20,000 nucleotides of DNA from Neocallimastix sp. 'constans' (GCA_050613775.1 JBODTK010000107.1:551226-571225), one strand, 5' to 3'. Positions 1 to 15,072 are shown, numbered from the stretch's first letter. The notes: generated by a model from the letters alone, not told the origin. Program-made: numbers and translations.

Positions 1-863
1 AGCATTATCAATTTCAGTATTAGAATTACTAGTATTACCAGATTCTTTAATTTTATTTATTGAATGATCATTTGCTTTATCATCATTATTTTTATTGTTG
101 CTAGTATTGCTATTCTTTTTGTTATGTTGATTATCATTAATAATATTAATTTTATTTGTAAGTTGAGAAATTGAATTTTGATTTTGTTTATTTTGTGATA
201 AATTCTGACGTTCAAAATTAGAAGTGATAATATCTTCTGTAATTGTATTCATAGTATTTATTGTATTAGTACAATTATTACTACTATTACTATTACTATT
301 AGTAGAAGTAGTAGTAGTAGTAGTAGTACAACCATTTTGATTAGAAAGAGAAACACTAGAAGAATATGAACTACTAATTTCATTTGGTTCAGCAAAACTA
401 TTATGTCTACCAAAATAAGTATCATTGGAAAGATCAGTATTAGTTGTATTAGTTGTCGTTGTATGAACTGAATCAATTGAAAATTGTTTTTCTGTCATTT
501 TTGGAACAATGGATTGAATAAGTTGAAAACAATATCTTACTCTATTTTTTTTACCTTTTCTTCCTATTCTACTAGTACGTTTAACTTCACAAATAGCCAT
601 TGTATTTTCTAATGGAATAATAGATTTTACTACATATTCTTGTTCATTCTTATATATAAATAAATTACCATTTCTAATAACAAACCAATATTTCTTCCAT
701 TTTTTCTTTAAAGCATTTCTACGATATTTATACATATAACCTTGTTGAATAATGACATCTTTTTCCATTTGCTGCTTTAAATATTCCTTTTTTTGAGAAT
801 AGATAGATAAGGATTGATGATCATCATTAGATGAACCTAACATATATTCATCTTCTTCACCAT

Positions 864-894
<31 letters not shown>

Positions 895-1980
895 TTCTTC
901 TTCTTCATATTCATCATCATCCTTATCATCCTCATCATCATCTTCTTCTTCTTCCTCCATATCATCTAATTTTTCTTTTGATAATAAATCCACTTGTTTT
1001 TTAGATTTAATCATTTGTTTAGTCACTGAATAATTACCATTTGTTTTGGAACCTGTAAGATTTATATCATTTTCAAACTTTAACTTTTTCTCAATAACAT
1101 TTAAAATTTCATCACTATTGAAAAATTCCAAATTATCTTCATTATCATTATCATTGCCATTGTTATTACCAATTTTATCTTTGACTTCTACTTCAAATGC
1201 TGTTTTGAATTCTTCATCTTCATCTTCATCATCATCCTCATCTCCTTTCATTAATTCTTCAGTATCATCATCACTTTCTTCATCCATTAAAATATGTACA
1301 CTTGGGGCATTGGTTGAGAAATTGACTGCTTTAGTTGATTTAGATTTTTGAGTTTTTTGAGTTACATTATTAATATAATAAACTTTACTGTAATCTTCCT
1401 TTATATTAACTTTTGGCATTTGTAAAGCCATATTATTCTGTATCACTTGATTAATATGATTAATTTCATCTTCTTCTGTGTAAAAAAAATTTAGTTCATT
1501 ATCTTTAATATTTCTATTTTCACGGCTCTCTATACTCAAATTATCAGTAGTAGAAGTAATGTTATTAACATTTTTATTATTTGTAGTTATAGTGGCATGA
1601 TTTGAATTATTACTATTGTTATTGTTGTTCATATTATTAAATTTTTGATTAATATTGTTTGCCATGGAAGAGGATATCAAATTATTATTAACAAGAAATT
1701 CATGAGGATTAAAAGCATTTGTTTTTTTCCCTGAAATAGAAGAATCTAAAGCTTTAATCCATTGATCTCTATCATCTACCGATTGAGCTTGTAATAAATA
1801 AGTACGTTCTTTTGTATTAACATAAAAAGCATTCATTAAATTTTGTTTTTGTGGTTTTGATGAAACGGGCGTTGAATCTGATTTATTAGTATTTATAGAT
1901 TGAATATACTTTTGTTGATCATTATAATTATATACAGATAATATATCATCTAATGGAATAACTTTTAATAATTTATATTC
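1..1980 (-). CDS. OPY1: Tandem PH-domain (Opy1-like) protein, exon 3; continues beyond the left edge (no stop in window)
   Basis: Acceptor tag|GAA at 1982-1981. Reads EYKLLKVIPLDDILSV...NAFYVNTKERTYLLQAQSVDDRDQWIKALDS (end of PH1), an N-rich and D/E-rich linker, then VIIQQGYMYKYRRNALKKKWKKYWFVIRNGNLFIYKNEQEYVVKSIIPLENTMAICEV...YCFQLI (PH2). Frame is consistent at the spots checked, down to position 1. The symbol rests on resemblance to fungal tandem-PH proteins. Confidence 0.85.
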
Positions 1981-2351
1981 CTATATAAAAAAAATAAAAA
2001 TAAAAATAATATAATAATATAATATAATATAATATATAATAAAATAAAAAGAAATAATATTTTTATAAAAAAAATAATAATAATAATAATAAAAAAAAAA
2101 AAAAAAAGAAAAAAGAAATTAATACTGATATTATAATAATATTTTATTCTTAATACATAAAATCAATGATTATTATTATAATATTGACTTTTATCATAAA
2201 TATAATTATAATGTTAAATAAATATTACATTATATTTAACACTTTAAAAAAAAGGAATTTTATAAAAATAATAGCAATAATAATAATTAAATAAATAATA
2301 TTATTATTATTAATATACTTTTATTTTATTTTTTTTTTTTTTTTCTATTAC
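1981..2351 (-). other. Spliceosomal intron 2 (GT-AG)
   Basis: gtaata...atag on the minus strand; very AT-rich; removal restores a contiguous PH domain. Confidence 0.88.
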
Positions 2352-2567
2352 CTTTTCATTTTTATAATAGGATAATCTATTTGGACGAAAAACAAACCAA
2401 CGTCTTTTCCATACTTTTCTTTTTTCACCTTTCTTTTTTAAATAACCACTCTTTATAATTTTTTCATTTAATCCAGTATTTATAATGGCTAAAGCATTTT
2501 CAATTTCTATTTCAGAATCTACTTCATCATTGGAAAAAGAATCATCAATATAGCCACTATTTGGATT
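2352..2567 (-). CDS. OPY1: Tandem PH-domain protein, exon 2 (N-terminal half of PH1)
   Basis: 216 nt (72 codons) between acceptor tag (2569-2568) and donor gtaata (from 2351). Translates NPNSGYIDDSFSNDEVDSEIEIENALAIINTGLNEKIIKSGYLKKKGEKRKVWKRRWFVFRPNRLSYYKNEK, a classic basic PH beta1-beta3. Phase-0 join to exon 3 gives YYKNEK|EYKLL. Confidence 0.9.
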
Positions 2568-2712
2568 CTAAAAATAGAATATATATCAATATATATCAAA
2601 AAAAATTCATAAATTAATATAATATAGTAATAATTCTGAATTGTTTCTTTATTCTATTAATAGAAGAAATTAAATATTTATATTCAAATAATAAATATAT
2701 ATATAATCATAC
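2568..2712 (-). other. Spliceosomal intron 1 (GT-AG)
   Basis: gtatga...ttttag on the minus strand. Confidence 0.6.
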
Positions 2713-2730
2713 CTCTTCATATACTATCAT
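2713..2730 (-). CDS. OPY1: Tandem PH-domain protein, putative exon 1 (MIVYEE)
   Basis: ATG ATA GTA TAT GAA GAG followed by donor gtatga; splices in phase 0 to exon 2. A very short exon, so less certain. Confidence 0.6.
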
Positions 2731-4149
2731 TATATTCAGAATTCTTTTTTTTTTTTTTTATTACTAATTTTTTTTTTTTTTTTTTTTATTTTTATTTTTT
2801 ATCTTTGTTTAATAAAGAATATTTCAATTTATATTTATACAAATAAAATTAAAAATATATATACTTATTGTGTATAAAATTATTTGTATTTTTTTAAAGA
2901 AGAATTTATATTTTCTATTATATTATTTTTATTAATAGTATTAGTCTTATTGATAAATAAAATGGATAAAAATTTTGTTTGAATAATTTTTTATTGTCTA
3001 ATTTTTTATTGTCTGAATAAATTATTTTTTTTTTTAAATATATTATTATTTATTTTATTTCTATAAAAAAAATATATATATATATATTTTTGTTGTAATA
3101 AATATTACTTTATAAATTTTTCTTTTTTATTTTAAAATTTTTAATATCGCTTTAAATAAATTTCGTTTCAAGTATTTTCAATATAATAAAATCTATTTCT
3201 TAAGTATAAATAAATAAATTATGAGAAAATAATATATATATATATACAATGTTTTTATTCTATATCTTTATTCTCTTGTTCTTGGCAATAATCTTTTTTT
3301 TTTTCTTTATTCAAAATCCTCTCGAAAACATTTCGATATAAGAACTGTTATATTTATTTAAATAAAAAAAAAGATCTTTTTTAGAAAAAAAAAATAATAA
3401 ATATATCTTTTTCTTTCTTTCTTTGCTATTATTCAAATTTATAGATTCTTTATTTATTTTCTTCCCTTTTTATAACTTTACTATTGAAAGTAATATCTAA
3501 ATTTTAAAATAAAATAAAGAAAAAAAAAAATATTTTATATAATATAAATAATAATAATAATTAAAAAAAAAAAAAAAAAGTAAAAAGTAAAAAGAAAACT
3601 AAAATGAAGAAAATAATTTTTATTACTTTATTTTTTTTTTAAAAATACATTTTTAATCATTTTCTTATTGTTAAATGATAATAAAATAAAAGCAACTATT
3701 AATTACCATATATAATAATATATATTATAATATAATAATACATATATACATAATAAATTATTAAATTAAATAATGCAATTCTAAAAAAAATTAATATAAA
3801 TGTATTTAATAAAGTTTGAATAGATAACTTTTTTTTTGTAACAGTATCGAATAATAGATTAAAATCTTAAATTAAAACAAGTACCAAAAAAAAAATATAA
3901 AAAATATATATTAAATAAATAAATAAATAAGTAAATAAGTAAATAAATAACTAAAAATTTTTTTTATTCTTGTTTTATTTTATTGTTCATTTAATTTATA
4001 TATTATTAATATATGTAACCATATAACTTTATTTTTTAAAAAAGAAATATTTGAATAGAATATTACTTTATTTGTATATATCATATTATATTATCCTTTT
4101 TTTATTTATTTATATATTTATTTATTTATTTATATTCATTCATTTAGTT

Positions 4150-4163
4150 ATTTTGTTATCCAT

Positions 4164-4222
<59 letters not shown>
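4150..4222. repeat. (TTTA)n microsatellite
   Basis: Directly visible; produces the spurious ORF 4051..4239. Confidence 0.85.
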
Positions 4223-4734
4223 TTAATACTTATTCATAATTTAAAACAATTATTTTTACTTTTTAATATTATATAAATAAAACTTGTTATATAGTTAAAA
4301 TAAAATAATATACAAATTTATTATTAAAATAATAATTAAAATAAAGTCAAAATTTTTTTTATTTATTAAAAATATTAAAAAAAAAATTGAAACTACTAGA
4401 ACTTTAATAAATAAGCATTATTATCATATAATTGTTATGTGGCTTATATAATGATAATATATATAGGATAGCAAATTCAATATTTTTATTAATAAAAAAA
4501 TAAGAAAATAATAATATTAAATTATAATAAAATAAATTTGATCATATTTCTCATATTTTTGTGGCTTATATTATAAGTAGCTTCTTATAAATTATAAAAA
4601 CTTATAAGCATAATTGAAAATATTGTAATAAAAAAAGTGAAAAAGTTAATGAATATTCTTTTATAATATCATATTTAATGACCTATTTTCTGATATTATT
4701 AGTTTTGCAATTATTATTGTTGTCTTATTATATT

Positions 4735-5010
4735 AACTATTATTATTATTTATTATTTATTATTTATTATTTATTATTTATTATTTATTATTTATTATTT
4801 ATTATTTATTATTTATTATTTATTTATTATTTATTATTTATTATTTATTATTTATTATTTATTATTTATTATTTATTATTTATTATTTATTTATTATTTA
4901 TTATTTATTATTTATTATTTATTATTTATTATTTATTTATTATTTATTATTATTTATTATTTATTATTTATTATTTATTTATTATTTATTATTTATTATT
5001 TATTATTATT
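4735..5010. repeat. Compound (TTA)/(TTTA) minisatellite, roughly 21-bp period
   Basis: Recurring tta/ttta units; the ORF 4678..5025 shows a 7-residue YYLLFII periodicity. Confidence 0.85.
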
Positions 5011-5296
5011 TATATATTGTACTAGATGAATCAAATGTAAAATAGCATTAACTTCATTAATATAATTATTTCATCTTTTTAAATTTGGTAAAATTATTTC
5101 ATGTGTTATAATTTTCCTTATATATATAGCCATTTAATTTTTCCATAAAAAAAAAAAAAAAAAAAAAAAAAAAGATATTTTTTTAAAATATTGACAAAAT
5201 TATTTTTCTATTTTTCTATATCCATATCAATTAATACTATTTATTTTATCAATTATAAAAAATAATAGTAATAAGGATTTTTTTTTTTTTTTTAAA

Positions 5297-5720
5297 CTAG
5301 AATTAATGAGAGGGGAGGGCCTCCAGTCTCTCCCTTAAGTGTATCAAATTCTCATTGGATTCTTTGCCATATTGTTTCAGCTTCGATGTGTACAACTCTA
5401 ATACGGAAAGTATTCCCTACAGGTCACTTATTTTCAATGATCTTTTAAATAGAGGAAGAAACCACTACACTGATCCTCTCACAGATCAAGTGCTCTTTGC
5501 ACTTATCAATTATATAATCTAGTAACAGGAATACTTATCATGGCGAGTGAACACCAACTTCATATTTAGGGATGAACATCCTGAGAGAATGAAAATCGTC
5601 CCATAAAAATTCAGGAGGTAATCGCAAAGTAGATCCGGAAACCATAATAAAAAGGAGAATTTGTAACTTAAATACAATAATATAAAATATTTATATATAA
5701 AAAAAAAAAAAAAAAAAAGA
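5297..5720 (-). mobile_element. Candidate non-autonomous Helitron-like element (424 bp) with a decayed internal ORF
   Basis: On the minus strand: A|TC(T)20ATATATAA... at the 5' end (5720). At the 3' end an imperfect GC-rich hairpin GAGAG-ACT-GGAG-GCC-CTCC-C-CTCTC (5332-5308), a 7-nt spacer, then CTAG|T (5300-5297). The interior is much more GC-rich than the flanks. Confidence 0.45.
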
Positions 5721-5769
5721 TATTCCTTTCAGAATTAAAAAATAAACAATGTATAATAATTAATACATA

Positions 5770-5872
5770 AATAATGCATAAGAAATAAATATATAATTCA
5801 ATTTAAAATAAAGCATAAGAAATAAATAAATAATTCAATATAAAATAATGCATAAGAAATAAATAAATAATT
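5770..5872. repeat. 37-bp tandem repeat, about 3 copies
   Basis: gcataagaaataaat recurs at 5776, 5813 and 5850. Confidence 0.85.
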
Positions 5873-7450
5873 AAATAATTTATCATTCAAAAATACTCAA
5901 AAATAAATGAATAAATAAAAAAAAAAATGCCAACAAAAATAAAAAAAAATTTTAATATTTAAAAATATTTATATATAAATAAATAGTATTTATTTTATAT
6001 ATTATAATATATTATAATATATTATAATAAAATTATACATAATAAATACATATTACATTATATACTTATATATAATAACATACATTTACATATATTTATA
6101 TTGTATTTAAAATATCTATATAATAATAATATATATTATATTATATTATATTACATTTCAATGTACTTGCCATAAATTTTTATGCCAATATTTCAAAATA
6201 TAATACAATTAAATATTTATTTATATATATCATTATATATATAAATATTCAGGATAAAATCATATATTTTTATATATAAATTATATATTAAATAAAAAAA
6301 AATGAATTTTTTATTTTTTTTATAATTATTGTTTTTAAAATATTTCTTAATTTTATTATTTTTAATTATAAAAAATATTCTAATAAAAAAAATTAAAAAA
6401 TTAAAAAATTAAATAAATAAATTTCAAATTAATTTATTATTATTGCAATTAGTAATATTAAAAAAAAAAAAATTAAAATTTAAAAATTAAAAAATAATTC
6501 TTTTTTTTGTTGTTTATTATTTATATATTGTAAATTAATGACTTCAAAATTTCAAAGTCTTTTAAATATAATATTTTACTATGTAACTTTTAATAAATTT
6601 TTTTTATATAAAAATTACAAAAATAATTTTTAGAAAATATATATGTTTTATGATTAAATAATAAAAAAAAATAATAATTAAAATGATAATAATTAAAAAA
6701 AAATAACAATTAAAATAACAATTAAAATAATAAAAATATTTATTGAAAGAAATTTTTTTATATTTTTTATTTTTTTTATATTTTTTTTATATATTATTTG
6801 TTGTAGAATACAAAACTTTATTTAATATTATTTATAATTATTATCTTCATTAAAAAAATAATTATAAATGAAATCAAATAATGTATTTATTATATCTTCA
6901 ATTACATATTATTATATATTATTTTATATGTATAGAATTAATTTGATTTTTTCAATTTGAAAATTAATGATATAGTTTAATACATAATTATAGTTATATT
7001 AAATAATGAGGTTTCTTTAACAATATACTTTTTAATTTATTTTACCAATAAAAAGCAAGATTATATATTTCTTTTATATATTAAAGATTCAAATATAAAT
7101 TGAATCCAATATATTGATTAATATTATTTTAAAATTAAAACAACACAAAAAAATTTTAAATCTTAATATATAAATATACTTTAAGAAAAATAAACATTTT
7201 CTAATTGCAAAAATTAAATTCATAATAGGAAAAAAAAAATTTAATTTTAATAATCAAAATTTTTTTTAATTTTGTTTTTTACTATATATTATATTATATA
7301 AAAATATATTATATATATTAAATTATTAATAAATTAAAAAAAAAAAGGATGACTTAAATTAATTTGATTCAAATAAATAAAAAAAATTTTTATAGTTCAG
7401 TGACGGCTTCTTTTAATTTTTATTTTTTTTTTATTTTTTTTAATATTTAG

Positions 7451-7493
<43 letters not shown>

Positions 7494-9594
7494 CCACAAA
7501 AAAAGTCATTTCACCAGTCATTTCTTTTTTCTTTTTTTTTTTATTATATTATTTTTATTTCTTAAATTAGAAAATTAATTAAAAATTAAGCCGTAGGAAA
7601 AAAAATAATAATAATAATTTATTATTATTACAGATAACAAATAATAAAAACTCTATATATAATATGTAAATAAATAAATAAAAAAATTGAAAGCATTTTG
7701 CATAATTTAGCATAGCTTTAATTTATTATTTACAAAGTATTATATTATTTAATGTTAATTATTAAATTATAAAAAAATATATATAAATATTGATAAATAC
7801 TTTTATTTTATAATTTTAATATTAATTTTATTTATAGATTCATCTTTTTATTTAAAACTAAATCTATATAAATATTATTAATGTCAAATGTTACATAATA
7901 AAAAAACACAAACTATAATAATAATTAATGATACGATGAAACGAATTATGTAACAAAATTATAAAAAATTTTTTTTTAATATTTTTTTATTTATATTTAT
8001 TTAGTTATTTATCTATATTGATTTGATTATATATTTATTTATTTATTATATATATTTATTTATTATTTATTATATTTATTTACCTATTTATTTTTTAATA
8101 TTTTTTAAAATTCTCCAATCTATTATTATTTTTATTTGAAATTTATTTTATAAACATATAAAAATATATATAAGAAAATTTTAAAAAATATTAAAAAAAA
8201 TATACTCTCCTTTTTATTAATTAATATTATAACTTTACAAAAGAAATAAAAAAAAATAAAATAAAAAAAAGTATAGATATAATATAGTTATAGATATAAT
8301 ATAGTAATAATAGTAATAATCCAAAACTAAAAATAATATTTATTTTATAATGGAAAGAACTATATAAAAAGAATTATTGTTGTAAAATATTTATATATAC
8401 TATAATTTTATAAAATTTTTTATTCTTTTTATAAAAATGAATATTTTAAATAAAATATATATACACAGTATATGAGGTTCAATTAAACTTTATAGAATAA
8501 AAAAAATAAAACAAGAAATAATATAAAATAATTCATAAAATAAATGGAAAAAAAAAATATTTAAAAAATAACTTTTTATATGAATAAATAAAAAATATAA
8601 TAAGATATATATAGTCTATTAAAGTACAAATAATTGTATATTGGTGTAATAATTTTTTTTTTTTTTTTTTTTTTTAATTTTATATTATTATATTAATCGA
8701 ATATTTTATAAAGTAATAATTTTAAAGACATTTTAAATTAAAATAAATATATATAAATGTACTTTTTTTTTTTTTTTTTTTTTACTAATGAATAAGAGAT
8801 TTTTATTAAATTGTACTTAACAAGGTATGAATTTTTTTTTAGACTTTTTATTTTGTTATATTTTTTTAAATTTTATATCTAATAACGAATATAAATATTT
8901 TTTATATTTATAAGAAAATTAAATTAATGAAAAACCATTAATAATTAAAAAAAAATTATGATGATAACAATGGTAATAGTAATTATTATAAAATCTAATA
9001 ATAAAAAAATAAAAAAGAAAAAGTTTATTAACTAATTTTCGTTATGTTTAAATATAGTTTATCAAAAGTATATTAAAAAAAATATAATCTAACCTTTTCT
9101 TGATCAATTATTATCTCACCTAACCTTTACATTTTAAAAAAGTTTATTATTAGACTATTAGATTTATAAATTTACAGGTGAAAAGAAAAATATTTATATA
9201 TATTTTTTATTTTTAATGTTGCTTAAATAATAATATTAATTATAATACTAAATATTAAATAGTTAATAAAAATATAAAAAAAAAATATGAAAATATAATA
9301 AAAATAAAAAAAAATTAGTGATATTAAAAAACACTAAGTTTAAATTATAATTTTTTTAAGGGATTAATCACTAATTATTTAAGGAGATTTAATATGACGA
9401 ATAAAGATAAAAACAAAAAGATTATAACATATGATAATATATTAATTGTAATAAATAAAATTATATAAATATATAAGAATTGAAACAAAAAATAAAATAA
9501 AAAGAAAAAATAAAATATATCAAAACAAAAATTAAATTATTATTATTATTATTATTATTTCCTTTTTGTTTCAACTTTTGAATATCTAAATAGT

Positions 9595-9642
<48 letters not shown>

Positions 9643-10875
9643 TTTTCTTTTAAATAAATAAAAGATTTATCATTAGTTAATTCAATTTTTTTTGAAGAAA
9701 ATGAATTATTATCATTTTTTTTAATAATATATAAACAGTAATATTCTTATGAATAACGTATAAAATATTAAATTTTTATTATATTTATTATAATTCTATA
9801 TTTATATATTTTTTTATTTTTTTTTTTTTACCAAAATAATTTGTATAATATATATTTATTTAACTATAGTATTAGATTAGATAATAGAACTTTTAATAAG
9901 GAAAATATGAAAACAAAAAAAGAAAATATATAATTTATAATAAAATGAATACTTAATGATAAAAATGAAGATTAAATAATACTAATATATAACTCATCTG
10001 GGATTATTATTTTATTAATCATATATGAATTAATAGTGTAAAAAATTTGATATTATTCTTTTTTAGTATTATATATATATTATTTTTATTTATTGTTTTT
10101 ATTATATTATATTTTATACGGAATATTTTTATTGTATTATATTTTATTTGGAATATTTTCATTGTATTTCGTTTAAATAAAAACTTTATTTATTATTATT
10201 GTTTTTATTATTTATTTTTCTTGTGTTTATTATTCTTGTGTTTCGTACTTCAAATTTAATTTATTCTCATTTTTTATTTAATTTTTTATTTTTTTCTTTG
10301 TATTTTTGTTTTTATTATAATTTTTTATTATATCAATTATTTTTTTTCAATTTAATTATCATATTTTATTTTTTTTTTTAATAAAAACTTTATTTTTTAT
10401 TTTTATTTATTTTTATTATAAATTATTTGTATTTTATTTTTATTTATTTGTATTTAGTTATCTTTATTTTTAGAGTTTTCATTCTTATTCTCATTTTTAT
10501 ATTTTATATTTTTTATATTTTATATATATATTTTTTATTGGTGCACTTTTCTTCATATATTTTACTAAATGTTATTATTATTATTTTTCTTTATATATAT
10601 ATATATATAAAATTAAATAGAGAGAATATTTGTTGCTGTATTCTATTTTTATTAGTCAAATTAAAAGAGAAAATGTTATTTATAATTAAAAAGATATATA
10701 TTTCATAATAAATAATAGATAATATATAAAATATATATAAATAAAAAATTTATATATATTCATATATATATGCTATTATAATAATACTTTTAAAAAAAGA
10801 AGAGTGTAATGTATAATATTAATTATGGTTAACATAATATGGTAATATTGCTATTATTATTATGATGATTATTGT

Positions 10876-10912
<37 letters not shown>

Positions 10913-10935
10913 ATTGGTAATAAAAAAAAAAAGAA

Positions 10936-10972
<37 letters not shown>

Positions 10973-11201
10973 TAATATTGATAATTTTTTACCTCTAAAA
11001 TAAAAATTTTTATTGTAATAATATCAACAAAAAAAAAAAAAAAAAAGGAAAAAATTTAATATTTTTTTTTTTTTTTTTTTTTATTTTTTTTTTTTATTTT
11101 ATTTTTGTAAATACTATTATTATAATGATATTAAATATGATTATACTACTACTACTACTACTACTAAAAGATAATAAAAAAAAATTTATATATATATATT
11201 A

Positions 11202-11742
11202 TTAGATACTGTAATAAATGATGTAAAAGCTAATGCATTAGGTAAAATGCGGATAGGTTCAGATAAAGGATTAAAAAATTATATGGATATAAAAATTAGT
11301 AATAAGAGAATAGGTTCAACAATGATTAATAATGGTGAATTATTATCAGGCTTAAATGAAGCAAATGGAGAATTTGGACATATTCCTATAAATGAAAATG
11401 AAAATAATAAATGTTCATGTGGAAATAAAGGATGTTTAGAACAATCGAACAATCTATTAGTTTTAATCCATTTATAAATTTAGTTAAAGAAAAAATGAAA
11501 AATAAGGAAAGTAGTTAAGAAGATCAACAATTAACTCTTAAAAAATATTTTTGATACAGTTGAGAAAGGAGAATAAAGTAGCTATTGAATATTGTGTGAA
11601 ATATATGGAAAATATTTAGGAAAAAGCATTAGCTATTATGGTAAGTATTAATAATCCTAGTCATTTTATATTTAATTTCAAGTAAAGATGTTGGTATTAT
11701 TTTAGGAAGATTAGGAGATTATGCTGGAATATATGGTGCAGC

Positions 11743-11748
<6 letters not shown>
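11202..11748 (+). pseudogene. ROK-family sugar kinase (bacterial glucokinase-like) pseudogene, C-terminal part; final codons displaced to 14173-14190
   Basis: Reads VINDVKANALGKMRIGSDKG...GEFGHIPINENENNKCSCGNKGCLEQ (ROK NDxN-x-ALGE motif, GExGH and Zn-binding CxCGxxGCLE). Frameshifted and stop-containing remnants follow: KNIFDTVEKG, KVAIEY, YGKYLGK, ALAIMVSINNP, VGIILGRLGDYAGIYGAAR. The N-terminal DxGGT motif was not found. Confidence 0.85.
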
Positions 11749-14172
<2,424 letters not shown>

Positions 14173-14190
14173 GCAAGATTAATTATTTAA
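14173..14190 (+). pseudogene. Displaced 3' end of the ROK pseudogene (A-R-L-I-I-stop)
   Basis: GCA AGA TTA ATT ATT TAA; begins with the right-hand duplication copy and completes ...AGIYGAARLII*. Confidence 0.7.
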
Positions 14191-14261
14191 AATAAAAAAT
14201 ATAAAATATGTATATTTTATATATTTCATTTATTATTTAATATTATTATTTATTGTAATAA

Positions 14262-14306
<45 letters not shown>

Positions 14307-15072
14307 TATTATTATATATATATATTTATATTAATTATTAATTAAAAGAAATTATATATTATATAATTAATATTACAATTTTTTAATAAACAAAAGAGAT
14401 AAAAATAATTTTATATATATATATAAAAAAAAAAAAAATAAATATTTTTATATATAAAAATAATAATATACATATTTTTTACTTTAGAAACACATATTAA
14501 TTAAAATAAGTTATTAAATAAAAAATGAATAAATAATAGCTAAAATAAATATTTTTTAAACAAAAAGAAATAATAATATATTTAATAATATATTTTTACA
14601 ATTAAATATTATTATATAATTATTTTAAATATATAAAAAATTATTTTTACAATTGAATATTAATAAATTATATATATATAAAATAGTTATTATTTATTTA
14701 ATTATTATTTAATTTATTATTAAAAAAAAAAAAATCCACACATGAAAATACACTACATTGCGAAATGTACTATCCTCAAGTTCATAATACTTTAAATTTT
14801 AATTAATATTTTATTTTATACTTGAACAAAAATAAATAATTAATTAATATTAATTAAATAATTATAAAAATTATTAATAAAAATAAAAATATTATAAAAA
14901 TGAAGAAATCTTCATTTATTATTTTAGTAATTTATTCTTCATTACAATAAAATTAATATTAATATTTTATTATTATTATTATTTTTGTTTTAAAATAAAA
15001 TATTGTTCTTAAATTCTTTATATTTTAAAACCATAACTAAAGTTATATTTTAATTTTATACTAAATTTAATT

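Noticed and set aside
258..1351. ORFs 258..476 (-) and 1046..1351 (+)
   Set aside because: Alternative-frame and antisense shadows of the PH-protein exon.
4051..5025. Hydrophobic ORFs 4051..4239 and 4678..5025
   Set aside because: Translations of TTTA/TTA repeats, not membrane proteins.
5531..5605. U1-like atacttatcatgg and hammerhead-like ctgagag...gaaa
   Set aside because: No further U1 similarity, and no room for a hammerhead stem II.
7345..7600. Cluster of TGAC/GTCA words and a 7-bp inverted pair acggctt/aagccgt
   Set aside because: Too short to separate from chance, and no adjacent gene was identified.
9381..9468. Shine-Dalgarno-like AAGGAG 7 nt before a 24-codon ORF (MTNKDKNKK...)
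   Set aside because: Eukaryotic context, tiny low-complexity peptide, no ROK N-terminal motif; most likely chance.
10047..10708. Plus-strand F/I/L/Y-rich ORFs
   Set aside because: Compositional artefacts of T-rich sequence.
14754..14769. TACATT-GCGA-AATGTA hairpin with a GNRA loop
   Set aside because: A 6-bp AT-rich stem with no supporting RNA structure.
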